A stretch of 64,000 bases of DNA from Lama guanicoe. Taxonomy: Eukaryota. The position numbers were made by a program, and so were the translations under genes. Location: the NCBI GenBank assembly GCA_013239625.1, contig MU053136.1:390017-454016 (forward strand), in the 5' to 3' direction. Positions 1 to 13,330 of this stretch are shown piece by piece (within the stretch, counting starts at the first letter, position 1; each line of letters begins with the position of its first letter). The notes beneath the pieces are model-generated. The model ran no database searches and was not told where the DNA came from. It saw only the letters and a program-made list of their open reading frames with translations.

Positions 1-159
1 ATCTGAGCATTTTGCTGAGATTCTCTGGTATACGTTTTATCAATGGAGAGTAAGCCTATATATTGTTCTTTAGAGATTCCAGTTTCCTTACACGATGGCA
101 CATGCTGGTTTTGAGAGGGTCACTATTGGTATTTTTTGATTGTAGGTTTTTCTCTTTTT

Positions 160-625
160 CTATTGCTGTGGACCAAACTACCCCAAATCTTAGTGACTTA
201 AAATAACTATTTGCTTTTTATTAAGTGGGCTGGCAATTTGGGCAGAGATCATCTGGCACAGCTTGCCTGTATTCCACATGGCATCTGCGGAACTCACTCA
301 TGTGTTAGTGGTTAGTTGGCAGGTTGGCTAGGGGCTGGTTGGACCTGGATAGCCTCTCTCCAGCATTGAGCTGGAGCTGTCATCCAGGGTGCTATGGTTC
401 TTACTGCAGGTTATCTTGGCTTCCTTGCAAGGTTCCAAGAGGGTGAGAGTAGAAGTTGCAAGTTCTCTCAAGGCCTGGGCTTAGAGATGGCACAGTGTCA
501 TTCATGTTGCATTTTACTGGTCAGAGCAAGTCACAAAGCCAACTCAGATTCAAGGGATGGGAAAATGAGTTCCACTTCTTGATGGGAATTGGCTGCAAAT
601 AATTTGTGGCCATGTTTAATCTGTA
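160..625 (-). mobile_element. Old MaLR (MLT1-type) LTR
   Basis: ctattgctg...aaactaccccaaatcttagtgacttaaaa...gcaagtcacaaagcc...gattcaaggg...ccacttcttgatggga resembles the reverse complement of MLT1 LTRs. Confidence 0.75.
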
Positions 626-2189
626 ACACTGGGCATTGCTCTTCCTTGTTCCTCTTTCTCTCTTTCTCCTTCTTTGTCTCTCCTTGTTTCTCTTGCTTTC
701 TCTCTTTTTTCTTCCCTCCCTCCCTTCCTTTGAGTGAAGTGGATAGTTTGTGGGTTTGTTTTTTTTTTAATTTCCTTGTCTTATCTTTCTTTTTGAGTTT
801 GTTAGAACAAAGCTTACTTGGTTAAAAGATGTCTTCTCTGATTTACTGGTATGGCCAAGGACCAGATATTCTTGGGTCTTGACTTTGTGACTCTTTTTCA
901 GATTACCTTAATAATACCAATTTGTTAATGCTGAAGAGATTAGTTTCTTCTCTGGGTGATTTTGATTTTTTTTTTTAATCTTTTTTTGTAATTGCTGAGG
1001 TTAACATTCTGGTCTTTTTATGGGCTCTGTTCCCAGTCCTTCTAGAGTTACTAATGTAGGCCTGGAATGACAACTTTTTCCCCCAAAGTGCTCAATGAAG
1101 TCAGAAAGGGAAAGGCTCCCTATCAGGAGAAGGTGTCTGGCTTGCATTTGTCTTGAGCACATAGTTTTTATATGTGAAATAAATAAGAATCGTGGGCAAG
1201 GCGCTGATATCAGTGACCTGTCAGCCCATCAGGGTGAATCAGCTGAAGTCGTAGATGAAGTGACAATGTCAGCACCAATGAGCCCTTTGCCCTGAGTTTG
1301 TTGGGCCTCTCGTTGAGGTAGCTGTCATAGCCCTTATTTTAGAGAAAAGTCAGGGTCATTGTTCAAGATTCAGCTGACTTGAAACATTATTTATTTTGGA
1401 GGGAGAAGGTTAGTTTCAGTATAGATGCTCCATTGGAAGTGACATGAGGCTGTTTTTCAGATTAGAGCCATTTTGGTGTGCCCAAGTATTACAGTTGTTA
1501 GAATCTTTAAAACTTGTCTCCAGGTGACTAGAGTCTATTCTGCTCCTCTCAGTAAGTTTAATTAATTGTCTTGGGTCCCACACAAGTAGATTTGTTAACT
1601 ATCGTTACTGTTTATCTTTTTGCCCAAACCAGTGATAGTTTGATAGGAATAGAAACTCAGAGGTGGCATTTTATTGCAAAAGATGAATGTTAGTTGCTAA
1701 ATGCAGCTGATTAGAAGGCTAGGACAAAGTATTTGTTTTTCTGGGGATAAGATCATTATTAAGGCTTTATAGAATGTGCCACTACTCAGATGACTGAACT
1801 AAATCTTCGTATTCCTATGAGGTTATCTTTCAGGTATTGGGAGTGTTTCGTAGAACTCTTATCAAATATAATTCTCTCACAGGTGTTTGGGTCAGATTAG
1901 CCTAGTTGTTCTGGTCACATATAAGTGCAATGCTAGTAGCCAGATTTTTATTCATGCTGCCTGAGGACATTGGTTCTGGAACCCCACAGACCCAGAGAAC
2001 AGTGTTGCCATCCTGTTTTCTGAGTGCAACTTTTATCTTCAGAGAAAGGAAGGGGACTTTCTGAGAATACAAGGCAGATTGTTAGAATGAAGAAGGGAAC
2101 ACAGCCCATCTTACTGGCTGTAGAAATCAGTTTTTAAAAACCTAACTACATTAGAAGTAGTACTTAGCTTTGTAAATGATTCAAACAAT

Positions 2190-2765
2190 TATAAAACTGT
2201 TACAGTGCTTGTTATGTATTAGACACTATTTGGAATTGGAGGTACAGGTATGAACAAGACACAAAAGATTTCTGCCCTCAAGGAGCTTATATTCTTGTTT
2301 GAGAAGATAGACAGTTTTCAAATAAATAAGATTATAGTGCACAAATTAGTGCTATGAAGAAAATAGGTGTGGTGATGTGATTGAGAGTAAGGCAGAAGGG
2401 GATACTTCAAATTAGGTGTTCAGAGAAGACCTCTTCTTAGTGACAGATGAACTGTTACTTGAAAGGAGGCAGAATCAGCATTTCCTGATGGAAGACCAGT
2501 GTTCTGGGGAGGAGGAACAATGAATACAAAGGACCTGCGGGAAGTGTGTGGTTTGGTATGTTGAAGAATAAGCAGGGGCTAGATTCTGTTGGGCTCTGTA
2601 AATCTTACTTGGGAGGATGGGAAGCCATTGGTGGGAGGAAGCTGGTTGAGCAAGGAAGCTTAGTGATCTGATTTACATATTAAAAAGATCATTCATGATT
2701 CTCTGGGAGAACAGATAGCCAGGAGCCCAGAGTAGAAATAGAAAGCTTTGTTAACAGGCCATTGC
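2190..2765 (-). mobile_element. L2 LINE 3' fragment
   Basis: ...gaacaagacacaaaagatttctgccctcaaggagcttatattc...gggaagccattgg...gatctgatttacatattaaaaagatcattc, typical L2 antisense motifs. Confidence 0.7.
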
Positions 2766-3418
2766 ATTTTGTTTGAAAGCTACAACTATATAGGGGTTAA
2801 GAAGGATGAACGGCAGAAAGGAATTCAACTTCTTTCAGAAGGTATTCCACTTTCAATTTTGGTAAGATTACAGACAGAACAAGAAAGCCATTACAGCAAT
2901 AAGTACTAGTATGTGCTTTGAATTATGCTCTTTGATTCTCTGACTCAGAGTTGGAGAGTGACCTGTTGGTGTGGCAAGGCTCTCAGTGTGAACCCACTCA
3001 GCTCACTTAAAGATCAGACACATCTGGGGATGGCTTGAGGGCCTGTAGGGAAAGGCAACTAGCATAATGGAGAACAAGCATTTACTGGGAGAAAAATTCA
3101 TCATGCAGGCAGTTTTTCAGCACCAAGTTTTCTGGTGAAAAGGGGAAGGACATTATCTTCTGGCCATGCCTCCCAACCCTAATCAAACCACCACACATCT
3201 CTAATGCCAAAACCCTGAGGGGAAGGAGCTCTAAAGAAACTAGAAGAGCTTTTGCGTAGAAATCTGTGTAAGATATCAGGAAGGCAGATTTAGCGATGTG
3301 ATCTGCACACAATAGAGTTATAAAACAGAATGACGAGTTAGGGGTACTCCTCACTGGGTTGAATGAAATAGGGCTTAGGTACTTTGTGGGCTTCCAGGGA
3401 CACAGGCCTCTGGCCTCA

Positions 3419-5170
3419 TTTATTTATCTAATTGAAGTATAGTTGATTTAGAATGTTGTGTTAGTTTCTAGTGTACAGCAAAATGACTCAGTTTTATACA
3501 CACACACATACATGAATTCTTTTTCAGATTCTTTTCCATTATAGTTACTGACAAGATACTGAATTTGAATTCAGTTTGAATTGAAGTTTATTACAAGATA
3601 CTGAGTTCCCTGTGCTACACAGTAGGACCTTGTTGTTTATTTATTTTATATATAATAGTTTGTATCTGCTAATCCCAGACTCCTAATTTATCCCCTTTTC
3701 CCCTTTCCCCTTTGGTAACCATAAGTTTATTTTCTATGTCTGTGAGTCTGTTTCTGTTTTGAAAATAAGTTCTTTGGATCATTTTTTGATTCCACATATA
3801 AGGGATAGCATATGATACATATGATACTTGTCTTTCTCTGTCTTACGTCACTTAGTATGATAATCTCTAGCTCCATTCATGTTGCTGCAGATGGTATTGT
3901 TTCACTCTTTTTTATGGCTGAGTAATAGTCCATTCTGTATAAATACCACATTTTTTTAATCCAGTCATTTGTCAGTAGACATTTAGGTTGCTTCCTTATC
4001 TTGACTGTTGTTAATAGTGCTGCTATAGACATTGATATGCATGTATATATATCCTTTTGAATTAAGAGTTTTCTCCAGATATATGCCCAAGAGTGAAACT
4101 GCTGGATCATATGGTTACTCTATTTTTAGTTTTTAAAGGAACCTCCATACTATGTTCCATAGTGGCTGTACCAATTTACATTACCATCAACAGTGTAAGA
4201 GGGTTCCTTTTTCTCCACACCTTCTCCAGCATTTATTACTTATAATGATGGCCATTCTGACCAGTGAGAGGTGATATCTCACTGTAGTTTTGATTTGCAT
4301 TTCCCTAATAATTAACAATGCTGAGCATCTTTTCATGTGCCTGTTGGCCATCTGTATGTCTTCTTTGGAGAAATATCTATTTAGATCTTCTGCCCATTTT
4401 TTGATTGAGTTGTTTTTTTTGTTGTTGTTACTGAGTTGTATGAGTTGTTTTTATATTTTGGAAGTTAGTCCCTTGTCAGTTGCATTGTTTGCACATATTT
4501 TCTTCCAGTCTGTAGATAGTCTTTTCGTTTTGTTTATGCTTTCCTTTGCGGTGCCAAAGCTTGTAAGTTTGACTAGGTCCCATTTTTTAAGTTTTGCTTT
4601 TATTTCTATTGCTTTGGGAATCTGACATTGGAAAATAATCTACGATTTGTGTCAGAGAATATTTTGCCTATGTTCTCTTCTAGGAGTTTTATGGTGTCCT
4701 GTCTTAAGTTTAAGTCTTTAAGCCATTTTGAGTTTATTTTTGTGTATGGTGTGAGGGAGTGTTCAAACTTCATTAATTCATACATGGCTGTCCAGCTTTC
4801 CTAACACTACTCTTGCTAAAGAAACTATCTTTTTCTCTGTTGTGTGGTGTTGCCTCCTTTGTCAAAGATTAATTGACTGTCGTACATGTTGTGGATTTAT
4901 TTCTGGGCTCTCTGTTCTGTTCCATTGATCCATATGTCTGTTTTTTGTGTGTGAATACTATGCTGTTTTGATTGTTGTAGCTTCAGAGTATTGTCTGAAG
5001 TCTGGGAAGATTATTCCTCTAGCTTTGTTCTTTTCAGAGAACAAAGCAATTCTGGGTGTTTTATTTATGATTCCATACAAATTTTAGGATTATTTGTTCT
5101 AGTTTTGTGGAAAATGTCATGGGTAATTTGATAGGGATGCATTAAATCTGTAGATTGCTTTGGGTAGTAT
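3419..5170 (-). mobile_element. 5'-truncated artiodactyl-type L1 (ORF2 C-terminus + 3'UTR)
   Basis: The minus ORF 3877-4110 (SIAALLTTVKIRKQPKCLLTNDWIKKMWYLYRMDYYSAIKK) is the L1 ORF2 C-terminus; 3' end motif attgaagtatagttgattta. Confidence 0.92.
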
Positions 5171-5586
5171 TGGCCTCTATGCTTCTTACCTACCAAGAGA
5201 GATTTTAAATCTGCTAGCTCAGTTTCTAGATTTGTCTTGTGTGACAGGATAATGAGTAAAAATACAGCTGAAGAAGTTCAAGGAGTATGGCTGGATGATT
5301 TATTTATATTAGAAAATGGACCAAGAATTGCTAAGTAGAAAGGGTCAATAAAGGGTAAAGAACCAAATGAATAGTGTTTTATTGTGAATTGTGAGAAGGG
5401 ATGGATATAGAGGGTTCAGGGCAAAGTGTAGGATTATGAGAATTATTGTGAGCAAAAGGAATTGGGCAAGAAGATATGAAGAAGCTGCTGTGGATTTTGA
5501 AATGGATCTCTTTATTTTCTTTGAGAGTCTTAATATATTACAGTTGAAATTGCTTTTAACTTCTTTTTTTTTTTTTTTTTTTTGAG

Positions 5587-5654
5587 GTTAGACTTGTTAC
5601 TTACATGTGATGCCATTCCAGCACTGGGCTCATGGAGGCTGAACATTTATTCAG
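5587..5654 (+). other. R3HDM2: Putative non-coding 5'UTR exon of R3HDM2
   Basis: Long poly-T tract followed by GAG| (alternative AG at 5590-5591), 68 nt of non-repetitive sequence, then donor TTCAG|gtaata, flanked by repeat-derived DNA. Inferred from splice signals only. Confidence 0.6.
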
Positions 5655-5659
5655 GTAAT

Positions 5660-5815
5660 AAGAGGTAACATTTACAGAGCACTTTTTTTATGTACCAGGC
5701 AACAAACTAAGTGCTTTACCCATAATCTCATTTAATCCTCACACAACCTCATTAGGTTGGGAGTGTTTTTGTACACATTTAATAGATGAAGAAATTGAGA
5801 CTTGGGGAGTCTATC
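5660..5815 (-). mobile_element. MIR SINE
   Basis: ctcatttaatcctcac...atagatgaagaaattgagac MIR core. Confidence 0.75.
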
Positions 5816-6185
5816 AAGATTGAATTCAGCTGAATTAAAAAATGAAAAAAGGCTACTGCTATAGTCAAAGTGAGAGATGATGGTAGCTTGGTGTAGATGA
5901 TGTCATTCCTCACCTCGCATAAATACCATGAATGTGAAATTGTTTTGATTGGCTGAACTTCACCCTCATTTCCATAACTTTTTCTCATTGGTGAATACAT
6001 CATACTCTTTGTCTTTAAAACAATGGACATTTGATAAAGGAAAATTCAGCTTAGGGTTTTTAACCTTAAAGCTTTTTAAAATTTTTAGAAAGTAGAATGT
6101 TTAGAAATCGTTCAAAAATTTTTGAGTAAATATCTATAAAAGGTAAGTATCTATAATTGGGGAATTCTTAAGAGGTGATTAATAT

Positions 6186-6289
6186 TGGGTAGGGGGTATA
6201 GCTCAGTGGTAGAGTGCGTGTTTGGCATGCATGGGGTCCTGGGTTCAATCCCTAGTACCTCTGTTAAAATTTTTTTTAATTAAAAATAA
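6186..6289 (+). mobile_element. Camelid-type tRNA-derived SINE with 16-bp TSD
   Basis: A box (tagctcagtggtagag), B box (ggttcaatccc), A-rich tail; TSD aagaggtgattaatat at 6170-6185 and 6290-6305. Confidence 0.93.
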
Positions 6290-6711
6290 AAGAGGTGATT
6301 AATATAGGTAATAGGAATCTTTGTTGAATTCATCACACTTGAGATACTATTCAGTTTTCAAGTTTAAGGAACCTTACTAGGGTTTCTTGTAGGAGCTTTC
6401 TAAATGCTTGTTTACAGATCACATTTATTATACTTGTCAGAGCTGGCAGGGTTTCTGGCAGTGCCAGCTGAAGATCAGTCGAAAATGAAGATTGAGCATT
6501 TCTGAAATTATAATATATGTTAATGGAAGTATTTTTAAGTTTACAAAAATTCAAATTTATATGCTACTTTAAGTGGTTCTCTGTGTTTAATTTTGCCAAG
6601 AGTTGTCTGCACACTCAGCAAGGTAAAGTAGAACTGCGTTACTACTATCTTATCAATTATTTAGTGGCCAACGTGAGTACATTGCCCTAATACATTTTTC
6701 AAGGAAGAACT

Positions 6712-7235
6712 TAATTGAGGCTTTTAATAATTGACATATAGTAAACTGTACATACTAAAATGTATGATTTGTTAAATTTTGACATACGTGTTCACCATGA
6801 ACTATCACCACAATCAAGATAATGAACGTATTTATCACCCCCACAAGTTTCCTTTTCCCCATTTGTAATCCTTCTTCCAACTTCTGTGGTCTACAGGCCA
6901 CCACTGGTCTATTTTCTGTCACTATAGACTAGTTTGCATTGTCCAGAATTCTATATAAATGTAATCATAAATCATATACTCTCATACTTATTTATTTTGG
7001 TTTGGCTTTTTAATTAAGCATAATTTTTTGAGATTCATCTATGTTGTTGCATGTACCAATAATTCATTCCTTTTTATTGCTGAGTAGTGATCCATTGTAT
7101 AGCTTTAACAATTTGTTTATCCATTTACTTACTGATGGACATTTGGGTTGTTTCCAGTTTTCGACAATTACGAATAAAACTATGCTGTGTATATTTGTAT
7201 ACAAATCTTTGTATAGTCATATACTTCTTTCCCAC
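6712..7235 (-). mobile_element. Old L1 (L1MB-like) 3' end
   Basis: aattgacatatagtaaactgtacata...catgaactatcaccacaatcaagataatgaac...gatggacatttgggttgtttccag. Confidence 0.8.
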
Positions 7236-7947
7236 TCCAAGTTAATTTTTTCTCTTTATTTTTTGAGGTAAATTGACATAATACACAATTAACAATTTTC
7301 AAGTGTACAAGTCATTGGTATTTAGTTTGTTTACAATGTTCTGCAACCATTATCACTTTCTAGTTTCAAAACTTTTCCATTGTTCTATAACCACCCCATA
7401 CCCATTAACTAATCACTCCCCATTCCCTTCTCCCCCATCCCTTGGTAACTTCTAATCTGCTTTCTGTCTCTGTGAATTTGCCTAGTATAGGTATATATTA
7501 TAAAAGGAATCAGACAATATGTGACCTTTTATGGCCAGCTTCTTTCATTTAGTATAACTTTTTTCAAGATTCATCCAGGCTGTAACATGAATAAGTACTT
7601 TGTTTTTTATTATGACTGAATAATATTCTGTTGTGTGGATATATCATATTTCATTTATCCATCAGTTGGTGGACTTTTTAGGTTTTCACTTTCTGGGGTT
7701 ACTATGAATAATGCTGCTATGAAAATTCATGTACAAGTTTTTATGTGGAAATACGTTTTCATTTCTCTTGGGTGTATACCCAGAAGTATAATTGCTGGAT
7801 CATATGGTAACACTATGTTTAACTTTTTGAGGAACCGCTTTCAAAGTGGTTGCACTATTTTATACTCCTACCAACAATGTGTGAGGGTCCCAATTTATCT
7901 ATTGTTATCAAACTTCTTGTTATCTGTCTTTTTAAGTCTAGCCATCC

Positions 7948-8344
7948 TGATGGTGACCTGGGTTCTTGGACTTTGTAATAATAAAAATTGATAAGAGGCC
8001 AGACAAGAAATTCATGCAAGGCTTTACTGGGACTTGTGCTGCAGTAGGAGGGAGTGAGAACAAGTAACAGTTTCCCTTGCTTGCTCCTGAGGGCTTAGGT
8101 GGTCAGCCCGCCCCCTTGGTGGGGCTGTGTTCAGGGATCATGCGCTGTACCCTGCTTTTGCTCCCAACACCTCAGAAGTGGCAGTTGGGTTTTTGGTCTT
8201 TTTGTGTCTTGTGCATAATTTGCCCCTGCTGCCCATGCATGCAGTTATTTTTAGTCCCTTATAATTTCTTTTTATTCTGTTGCTCAAGATGTTTGTTCAG
8301 GTGCAGGCACTGCAGCAAAGGGGCCCAGGTTCCAGCCTGTCTCT
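7948..8344 (-). mobile_element. ERV1-class solo LTR with 4-bp TSD
   Basis: Interrupts the L1 motif gccatcc|tagtggatgtgaag; TSD atcc at 7944-7947 and 8345-8348; begins TG; AGTAAA poly(A) signal on the minus strand. Confidence 0.8.
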
Positions 8345-9627
8345 ATCCTAGTGGATGTGAAGCAGTATCTCATCATGTTTTGATTTGCATTTTCCTGATG
8401 ACTAGTGATGTTGGAGCATCTTTTCATGTACACGTTGGATGCTTATATATCTTTTTGGGGAAATGTATATTTAAATCCTTTGCCTTTTAAATAATTGGAT
8501 AACTTATTTTTTTATTATTGATTTCTAAGAGTTCTGAGTACAAGTTCCTTATCAGATGTATGATTTGCAAATATTTTTTCCATGGGTTTTTCACTTTCTT
8601 GATGGTTTTGCCTACAGACAAAAGTTTTAAGTTTAATTAAGTCCACTTAATCTATTTTTCCTTTTGTTGCTTATACTTTTAGTGTTGTGGCTAAGAAGGT
8701 TTTGAATAACCCGAGGTCACAGAGATTATTCCGATGTTTTCTTTTAAGAGTTTTATAGTTTCAGTTCTTATATATAGATCTATGATCCTCTTTGAGTTAA
8801 TTTTTTATATGGTGTGAGGTATGGTTTTATGTGTAGCTATGCATTTGTTCCAGCACCAGTTGTTGAAATGACTCTCCTTAGCCTATTTGATTGTCTTGGC
8901 ACCCTTGTCAAAAAATCAGCTGACCATAAAGGTAAGGGCTTTCAATTATATTCCACTACAATACTGTTTTGATTACTGTAGCTTTGTGTACTTAGTTGAA
9001 CTTGGGAAATGTGATTCCTCCAATTTTGTTGTTCTTTTTCAGGATTATGGTGTTTATTCTAGGTTCCTTCCATTTCCATGTGAATTATAGGATCAATTTA
9101 TTAGTTTCTGCAAAAAAAAGCCAGCTAGGATTTTGATAGGGATAGCTTTGAATCTGTAGATCAGTTTTGGGAGTGTAACCATCTTAGCAATATTAAGTGT
9201 TCGAATTCATGCACATAAGATATCTTTATCCTTATTTAGATATTCTTTAATTTTTATCAATAATTGTTTATAATTTTCAATATACAAGTTACACTTTTAA
9301 AAAATCCTACCCTGTTGCACTTCTTTTGTTAAATTTATACAGAAGTATTATTTTTGTTACTATTGTAAAATTTTTTTCCTCTTAAGTTCACTTTTGGATT
9401 GTTCATTGCTTGTGTATAGAAATATAATCTTTTTTTGTATATTGACTTTGTATCTTGCAGACTTGCTGAACTTGTATATTAGTGGATTCCTTAGGATTTT
9501 CTAGATACAAGATCATGCCATCTGCAAATAGAGATAGTTTTACTTCTTCTTTTCCAATCTGGATGCCTTTTGTTTCTTCTTACTGCCTCATTGCTCTAGC
9601 GAGAACCTCCAGTGCAAAAGTGGATCT

Positions 9628-9807
9628 TTTTTTTAAAATGTTTTTTAAAAATTTATTATTTTTTTAACATTTGCTGAGCCCTGCTCTACTTTATTTTATT
9701 TTTTAATTTTTTTGGAGGGGGGAGGTAATTAGGTTTGTTTATTTAATTATTTTTTTAATGGAGGTACTAGGGATTGAACCTCATGCATGCTAAGCATGCA
9801 TTCTATC
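9628..9807 (-). mobile_element. Camelid-type SINE (5'-truncated, small internal deletion, extra 3' segment)
   Basis: ggaggtactagggattgaacctcatgcatgctaagcatgca; TSD caaaagtggatct at 9615-9627 and 9808-9820. Confidence 0.9.
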
Positions 9808-9904
9808 CAAAAGTGGATCTCTGTCTTGTTTCTGAGTGTAGAGTGAATACATTCAGTCTTCCACCATTTAGTAGGATGTTATTTATGGGATTTTGCAGGT
9901 TCCC

Positions 9905-12250
9905 TCTATGAAACTGAGTTATTTCCTTAGTGATTGTTTTGGGGGTCACAATTAACATCTAATTTTTTAACAATGTAGCTTGATTAATACCAACTCAATT
10001 ACAATAGTACACAAACATTTGTGCCTATATAGCTCTGTTCCCTCTTTCTCTTGTGCTATTACATGCAAATTATGTCTTTTTACTTTGTGTACCTATCAGC
10101 ACAAATTTATAATCATAGTTTTATTTGGTTGTCTTTTAAATAAGATAGACAGAAAGTTACAAACAAAAAACTTATAGTGTCTTTTACATTTACGTAGGTA
10201 GTTACCTTTATCGGTACTTTTAATTTTTTCATTTGAATTTGAGATACTGCCTAGAGTCTTTTTATTTCAGCCTGAGTGGCTGTCTTTAGTATTTCTTGTA
10301 GACTAGTTCTGCTAGTTATGAGTTCTTTCACTTTTATCTATGAATGCCTTAATTTCTCCTTTGTTTTTGAAAGATAGTTTTGCTAAATGTAGGATTTTTG
10401 GTTGACAGTCTTTTTCTTTCAGCACTTGATGTATTTTCCCATTGCCTTCTGACCTCCATGGTTTCTGATGAGCCTCTTGAATTTGTAGATTTAGTTTTTT
10501 TAATCACACTTGAGAAAAATTTAGCCATTATTTTATTAAATATTCTTTCTTTCCCTTTCTCTCCTGTCATGGGACCCCCCAATAGGAATTTATTATGCTC
10601 TGTTCTGAGGCTTTGCTCATTATTTTTCATTCTTTTTTCTTTTTGTTCCTCAGACAGATACAGCCTAATTGACCTGGCTTCAAGTTTGTTGATTATTTCT
10701 TCTGCCTGCTCAGATCTCGTCTTGAACTCCTCTGCTGATGTTTTTCGTTTCCATTATTTGTACTTTCTGACTGCAAAATTTCTGTTTGATTCCTTTTTTA
10801 AATTTTTGTCTTTCTACTAATATTCTATTTTTGGTGAGACACTGTTTTCATGCTTTTTCTTCTTTATTCATGGTTTTCTTAACTTTTGAATTTTTTTCCT
10901 CCCTTCCTCCTTCCCTCTTTCCTCTTTTGATCTTATTTAAAATGGCTGATCTAAAGTCTGTCTGGAAATCCAGTGTTTGGGCTTCCTAAGTGAGTTTCTT
11001 TTGATTTCCATTCTTCTACGTGGGCCATACACTCTGCTTCAAGGTAGTGTTATACTGCTTCGTGTATAGTGTCAGAACTTTACAATACATATACTTCGTT
11101 TTTCTTCCCACCTTTTGCTGTGTTCTGGTCATACATTTACTTGTTTATATAAATTATACAATGTATTTTAAATTATTCTCTGAAGAGTTGATTATTTTTA
11201 AAAGATATTTAATGAGCAAAAAGTTTTTTTTTTAAGAGTTTTTATACTTAACCACATTGTGACCATTTATGGTGCTCTTCATTCCTTTGTTTAGACCCAC
11301 ATTTTCATCTGTTATCATATTCATTCAACCTGAAGGACTTGGACCAGTCAGCTGGTGATGAATTCTTTTAGTTTTTTAGTATCTCAAAAAGTCTTTATTT
11401 TGCCTTTATTTTTGAAAGATATTTTCTGTGAGTATAGAATTCTTGGTTGACAGTTTTTTTTCCTTTCAGTCCTTTAAGATACCACTCCATTGTCTTCTAA
11501 CTTTATTAGTTTTTAATGAGAATTCTGTTGTCATCTTCATCTTTGTTCCTCTATAGGTAATAAGTCCTTCTCTCTGGCTACTTTTAAGATTTACTCTATA
11601 TTACTTTCTTTAGGTGGTTTGGTAATGATGTGTCTTGGTTTTCTTCTTTGAGCATCTTGAATCTGTGTATGTATAGTTTTATTCCAGTTTGGAAACTTCA
11701 AAGTTACTATTTCTTTAAATATTTTTTCTTTTCTCTTCTTTGGAAATACCACTGACATATATTAGGCAATTTGAGAATTTCCCACAGTTCACTGATGATT
11801 TGTTCATTTTATTTCAGGTTTTTTTTCTTTCTTTTAATTTTGTTAGTTTCTGTTGCTTGTTTCTCAAGTTTTCCCCCCTGATTTATTCTATTGCAATTTC
11901 TTTTTTTTTAAACATTTTTATTGAGTTATAGTCATTTTACAATGTTGTGTAAAATTCCAGTGTAGAGCACAATTTTTCAGTTATACATAACTGTACATGT
12001 ATTCATTGTCACATTTTTTTTTGCTGTGAGCTACCACAAGATCTTGTATATATTTTGTTGCAATTTCTAATCTGCTGTTAGTCTTACATAGTATATTTTT
12101 ATCTCTAACATATCAGAGACTTTTTACTTCTTCCACCTAACATGCTTACTTTTTGCTTTAGATTTTTTGCATATGTGGAATATAGTTATAATAATTTTCT
12201 AAATGTCTTTCTTTACTAATCCTATAATCTGTATCAATTCTCAGTCATTT
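9905..12250 (-). mobile_element. Old L1 ORF1-region remnants (at least two pieces)
   Basis: The minus ORF 10349-10630 contains EVRRQW...LSTKNPTFSKTIFQK, resembling degenerate L1 ORF1; the motif gttgacag...ttcag occurs at ~10400 and ~11450. Confidence 0.7.
11902..12050 (-). mobile_element. Short young L1 3' end
   Basis: Poly-T then aacatttttattgagttatagtcattttacaatgttgtg; degenerate TSD tattctattgcaatttct / tattttgttgcaatttct. Confidence 0.85.
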
Positions 12251-12254
12251 ACTT

Positions 12255-13330
12255 TAACTTTTCATTGTGAAGTAAGTATAATTTTCAAGAAGCTGTAAAA
12301 GAAAATGTACAGCATTTTTTCATGTGCCATTCCCCCTTTTTCTCCCAATGGTAACTGCTTGTATAATTATAGGACCGTATCAAAACCAAGAAATTGGTAT
12401 TGGTTTAATCTATACAGTCTATTCATATTTCACCAGTTTTACATGTATTCCTGTGTGTGTGTATGCATGTGTAATTCTGTGGAATTTGATCACGTGTGAA
12501 TTTGTGTATCTACAACCACCATCAAAATACAGAACAGTTCCATTCCCACAGGAATTTTTCCTGTTGCTCTTTTACTCCTATCCTACCTCCCTCCACGACA
12601 TTCATAAATCTGTAACCCTGGCAACAACTAATCTGTTCTCCATGTCTATAATATTATCATTTCAAAATTTTATTTAAATGGAATCATGTAGTATGTAACC
12701 TTTTAAGATTCTCTCCCCAGTATAACCCCCTTGAAAGCCATTTAAGTTGTTGCGTGTATCAATAATTTGTACCCTTTTATTGCTGAGTGGTGTTCCATGG
12801 TATGACTATCCCTAGTCTGTTTAAGCAGTCACCTGTTGAAAGACTTCTGTGTTGGTTCCCATCTTGGGCTGTTATAAATAAAGCTACTGCAAACATTCAT
12901 GAACAGGTTTTTGTCTAAACATAAAGTTTTTATTTTTCTAGAATAAAGGTCCAAGAGTACAATTGCTAGGTGGCTTGTTAATTGCGTATTTCATTTTATT
13001 AGAAACTGCCAAACTTTTCTCCAGAGTGGCTGTACCATTTTACACTCCAACCAGCTATGTATGAGTGATCCAGTTTTTCTGCATCCTTGCCAGCATTTGG
13101 TATTGACAGTACTTTTTACTTTAGCCATTATGATTTATGTGTAGTGATACCTCATTGTAGTTTTAATTTGTATTTCCCTAATGGTTAATGATTTTGAATA
13201 TGTCTGTTTATGTCTTTTGTCCATTTTCTGTTTGGATTTTTTGTTTCTTTACTGTTGAGTTTTGAGAATTCTTTATATATTCTGTATATAAGTGTTTTGT
13301 TGGATATGTGGTCTGCAAATATTTTCTCTA
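12255..13330 (-). mobile_element. Old L1 (L1MB-like) 3' end
   Basis: tcccaatggtaac...tatcaaaaccaagaaattg...ccagagtggctgtaccattttacactcc. Confidence 0.8.

Larger units (their letters stand above)
7245..9900 (-). mobile_element. Old L1 (L1MB-like) 3'UTR and ORF2 remnants, interrupted by an LTR and a SINE
   Basis: Antisense L1 ORF2 motifs (cagcaccagttgttgaa, atcatgccatctgcaaatagagatagttttacttc). The L1 sequence resumes across both insertions. Confidence 0.85.

Noticed and set aside
6193..6262. tRNA-like sequences with A and B boxes (also 17288, 21341, 30623, 32580)
   Set aside because: Multiple diverged copies with A tails and/or TSDs and no proper acceptor stem; these are tRNA-derived SINEs, not tRNA genes.
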